A stretch of DNA of 63,502 bases, the filler included, from Octopus bimaculoides (Eukaryota): assembly GCF_001194135.2 (NCBI RefSeq). It is 5 parts of 5 records of this genome, joined end to end, with 100 filler letters (N's around TTAATTAATTAA, not from the genome) between each part and the next. Parts side by side here need not be neighbours in the genome. Positions count along the whole stretch, not along the records: positions 60,580 to 62,386 come from NC_068989.1; positions 62,487 to 63,502 come from NW_026301429.1; 3 more parts are not named here. The stretch is one strand, 5' to 3'. A model generated the notes under the pieces. It was not told the DNA's origin and ran no database searches. It saw only the letters and a list, made by a program, of their open reading frames with translations. Below, piece by piece: positions 60,931-63,502 of this stretch (its first letter is position 1; the number at the start of each line of letters is the position of its first letter). Made by a program: the position numbers and the translations under genes.

Positions 60931-62255
60931 TGCCTATATCTTTATGCATTTGTTTTGCAAAATACTTAATATGAAATCGTATGTTTAAACAAATCTTCGA
61001 GATGGTCATATTTCGAAATTAACCACACTCATTATATATTTGTTCTTCACTTCAGTTTTATTATTGTTGTTCTTATTTTAGTGTCTTTGNNNNNNNNNNN
61101 NNNNNNNNNNNNNNNNNNNNNNNNNNNNNNNNNNNNNNNNNNNNNNNNNNNNNNNNNNNNNNNNNNNNNNNNNNNNNNNNNNNNNNNNNNNNNNNNNNNN
61201 NNNNNNNNNNNNNNNNNNNNNNNNNNNNNNNNNNNNNNNNNNNNNNNNNNNNNNNNNNNNNNNNNNNNNNNNNNNNNNNNNNNNNNNNNNNNNNNNNNNN
61301 NNNNNNNNNNNNNNNNNNNNNNNNNNNNNNNNNNNNNNNNNNNNNNNNNNNNNNNNNNNNNNNNNNNNNNNNNNNNNNNNNNNNNNNNNNNNNNNNNNNN
61401 NNNNNNNNNNNNNNNNNNNNNNNNNNNNNNNNNNNNNNNNNNNNNNNNNNNNNNNNNNNNNNNNNNNNNNNNNNNNNNNNNNNNNNNNNNNNNNNNNNNN
61501 NNNNNNNNNNNNNNNNNNNNNNNNNNNNNNNNNNNNNNNNNNNNNNNNNNNNNNNNNNNNNNNNNNNNNNNNNNNNNNNNNNNNNNNNNNNNNNNNNNNN
61601 NNNNNNNNNNNNNNNNNNNNNNNNNNNNNNNNNNNNNNNNNNNNNNNNNNNNNNNNNNNNNNNNNNNNNNNNNNNNNNNNNNNNNNNNNNNNNNNNNNNN
61701 NNNNNNNNNNNNNNNNNNNNNNNNNNNNNNNNNNNNNNNNNNNNNNNNNNNNNNNNNNNNNNNNNNNNNNNNNNNNNNNNNNNNNNNNNNTATATATATA
61801 TATATATATATGCATGTGTGTTTGTATATGTGTATGTATACACACACTCCCTCACTTTCTAACAGATGTACATAGACACATACATAAACACTCAAATGCA
61901 TGCGCAGGTGTATGTATACATACTTCTGCTCTTATACTCGTTTCAGTCACAAGACTAGCGGTTCGGCAAAAGTGACCCGATGGAATAAGTACCGAACTTA
62001 AAATCAGATGGAGACATGTCGTATTAAGAGTGATAACTTTGAACATGTCTTTGTCTTATAAGATTTCATCAGAGAGGCATTGTCTGGCACGTTCTTGCCA
62101 GATCCTTAATAAATCGTTCTTTTCTGCAGACAAGGTTCGGGTCGTTAACCAAACAGTTTAAGTTGCTAAGGCACGATTTCAAACCATTTTTCTTCCTACA
62201 GTTCGAAATTGCCAGACAAATGATATTGTTAAAAGTAAAGGTAGAAAAATATTAT

Positions 62256-62329
<74 letters not shown>

Positions 62330-62488
62330 TGATGATGATGATGATGATAATAATACTAATAATAATAATAATAAAAGGTAAATTTCNNNNNNNNNNNNNN
62401 NNNNNNNNNNNNNNNNNNNNNNNNNNNNNNTTAATTAATTAANNNNNNNNNNNNNNNNNNNNNNNNNNNNNNNNNNNNNNNNNNNNAC

Positions 62489-62523
<35 letters not shown>

Positions 62524-62583
62524 CATATATACACATGCTGAATTACATAAATAAATAAATAAATAAAAAATATATATACACAC

Positions 62584-62614
<31 letters not shown>

Positions 62615-62765
62615 CATATATATGTATGAGTGTACAATTTATAGGAAAGATCCATGGGAATAATTACAAGGTAGTTAAATGATGCTTAAATGTCCCAGGA
62701 AACAATGGTCACCCTGTGTGGGATTTGATTCCGGGAGACGCAAGACGTATTTAGGAGAAAATAGG

Positions 62766-62885
62766 AAAAATTGAAAATGGAGAGAAACGCTCAAGATGTT
62801 ATTAAATCATTCTTACCTATATAATGATATGAAGATATAAATAATTCAATAACAACTAGAGTGTTTGTCTCCATTTTCAATTTTT
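62766..62885. repeat. Short palindrome with 46-bp arms
   Basis: AAAAATTGAAAATGGAGAGAAACGCTCAAGATGTTATTAAATCATT versus reverse complement AAAAATTGAAAATGGAGACAAACACTCTAGTTGTTATTGAATTATT. Confidence 0.8.
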
Positions 62886-63282
62886 GCTACATAATTTAGT
62901 TTGCTATTACTGTTTAGACAATAGTCACTCAGTATATGTTTTATCGTCTGACATTTACTTTCTTCTTGTCATTGGACTGCAGCCTAGGTAGGATGCTTCT
63001 TTGAAGGCTTTAGTCGAACAAATCGACATTAATATTGATAGATAGCAGGTACATGCATGCAATAAGTGTTCAGGCTAAACCAAGCACCTAAACACGGACA
63101 TTATATACAGGGATGTAGAATCCTAGACATAAGAGTTGGTTATTGCTAAATGTAGTGATCGATCTGAGGAGGGCTTAATAGAAAAAATATGGCCAGATAG
63201 TAACAAGGCGTCAAATGAATTTATAACATATTGAAATAACATACTGAACAAAGAACGAATATATATATATATGTATATATCA

Positions 63283-63403
63283 TAGGTGCAGGCCGGTCCC
63301 AATGCGTGGCACCCTGGGTAAGTGTCTTCTACTATAGCCTCGAGTCGTCCAAAGCCTTTTGAGTGAACTTCGTAAACGGGAACTGAAAGAAGTCCATCGT
63401 GTG

Positions 63404-63410
<7 letters not shown>
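63283..63410 (+). mobile_element. SINE family 3 head, internally deleted
   Basis: TAGGTGCAGG..GGCACCCTGGGTAAGTGTCTTCTACTATAGCCTCG..GGAACTGAAAGAAG. Confidence 0.75.
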
Positions 63411-63435
<25 letters not shown>

Positions 63436-63447
63436 TGTATGTATGTA

Positions 63448-63502
<55 letters not shown>

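Noticed and set aside
62037-62077. - strand CTGATGA-AATCTT-AT-AAGAC-AAAGAC-ATGTTC
   Set aside because: The GAAA core and triplet are broken; too degenerate to call.
4395-62655. Dozens of ORF-track entries rich in X, YI/IY, HT/CV, poly-L/N/I
   Set aside because: They are translations of N gaps and (AT)n, (GT)n, (CT)n or (TAA)n microsatellites.
62817-62874. Second signal-peptide exon paralogous to the 14.7 kb exon
   Set aside because: The ATG and most of the frame are one arm of a palindrome, and the hydrophobic core contains Glu.

Overview
Repeat-dense, AT-rich animal genomic DNA with N gaps and artificial TTAATTAATTAA pads. The SINE families, microsatellite load and LINE/transposon mix suggest a cephalopod, probably Octopus (inference; not confirmed by search). 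No complete host gene is visible, only a few candidate exons: a + strand signal-peptide-like exon at 14.7 kb and - strand candidates at 49.0, 52.4 and 54.9 kb. Most of the window is transposon debris. It includes many R4/Dong-like LINE pieces separated by (TAA)n arrays and a full-length degenerate Tx1/L1 LINE nested in a SINE nested in a mariner derivative. There are also two long RTE LINEs, a mariner, a Tc1 (DD34E), GG-ended TIR MITEs carrying TTAGGG arrays, a Penelope-like element and four SINE-type families. Four observations stand out. (1) Hammerhead-ribozyme-like motifs cluster at 47-58 kb: one near-canonical type I motif at the Penelope end, a mirror pair inside a foldback, a relic between direct repeats and a core variant. 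(2) A MITE is flanked by a 137-bp direct duplication where its sister copy has an 8-bp TSD. (3) The triple nesting has both TSDs readable. (4) CpG loss across copies of one SINE rises sharply from left to right, suggesting a germline-methylated domain starting near 43 kb. All coordinates, translations and identities were read by eye; element boundaries are approximate unless fixed by a TSD or TIR.
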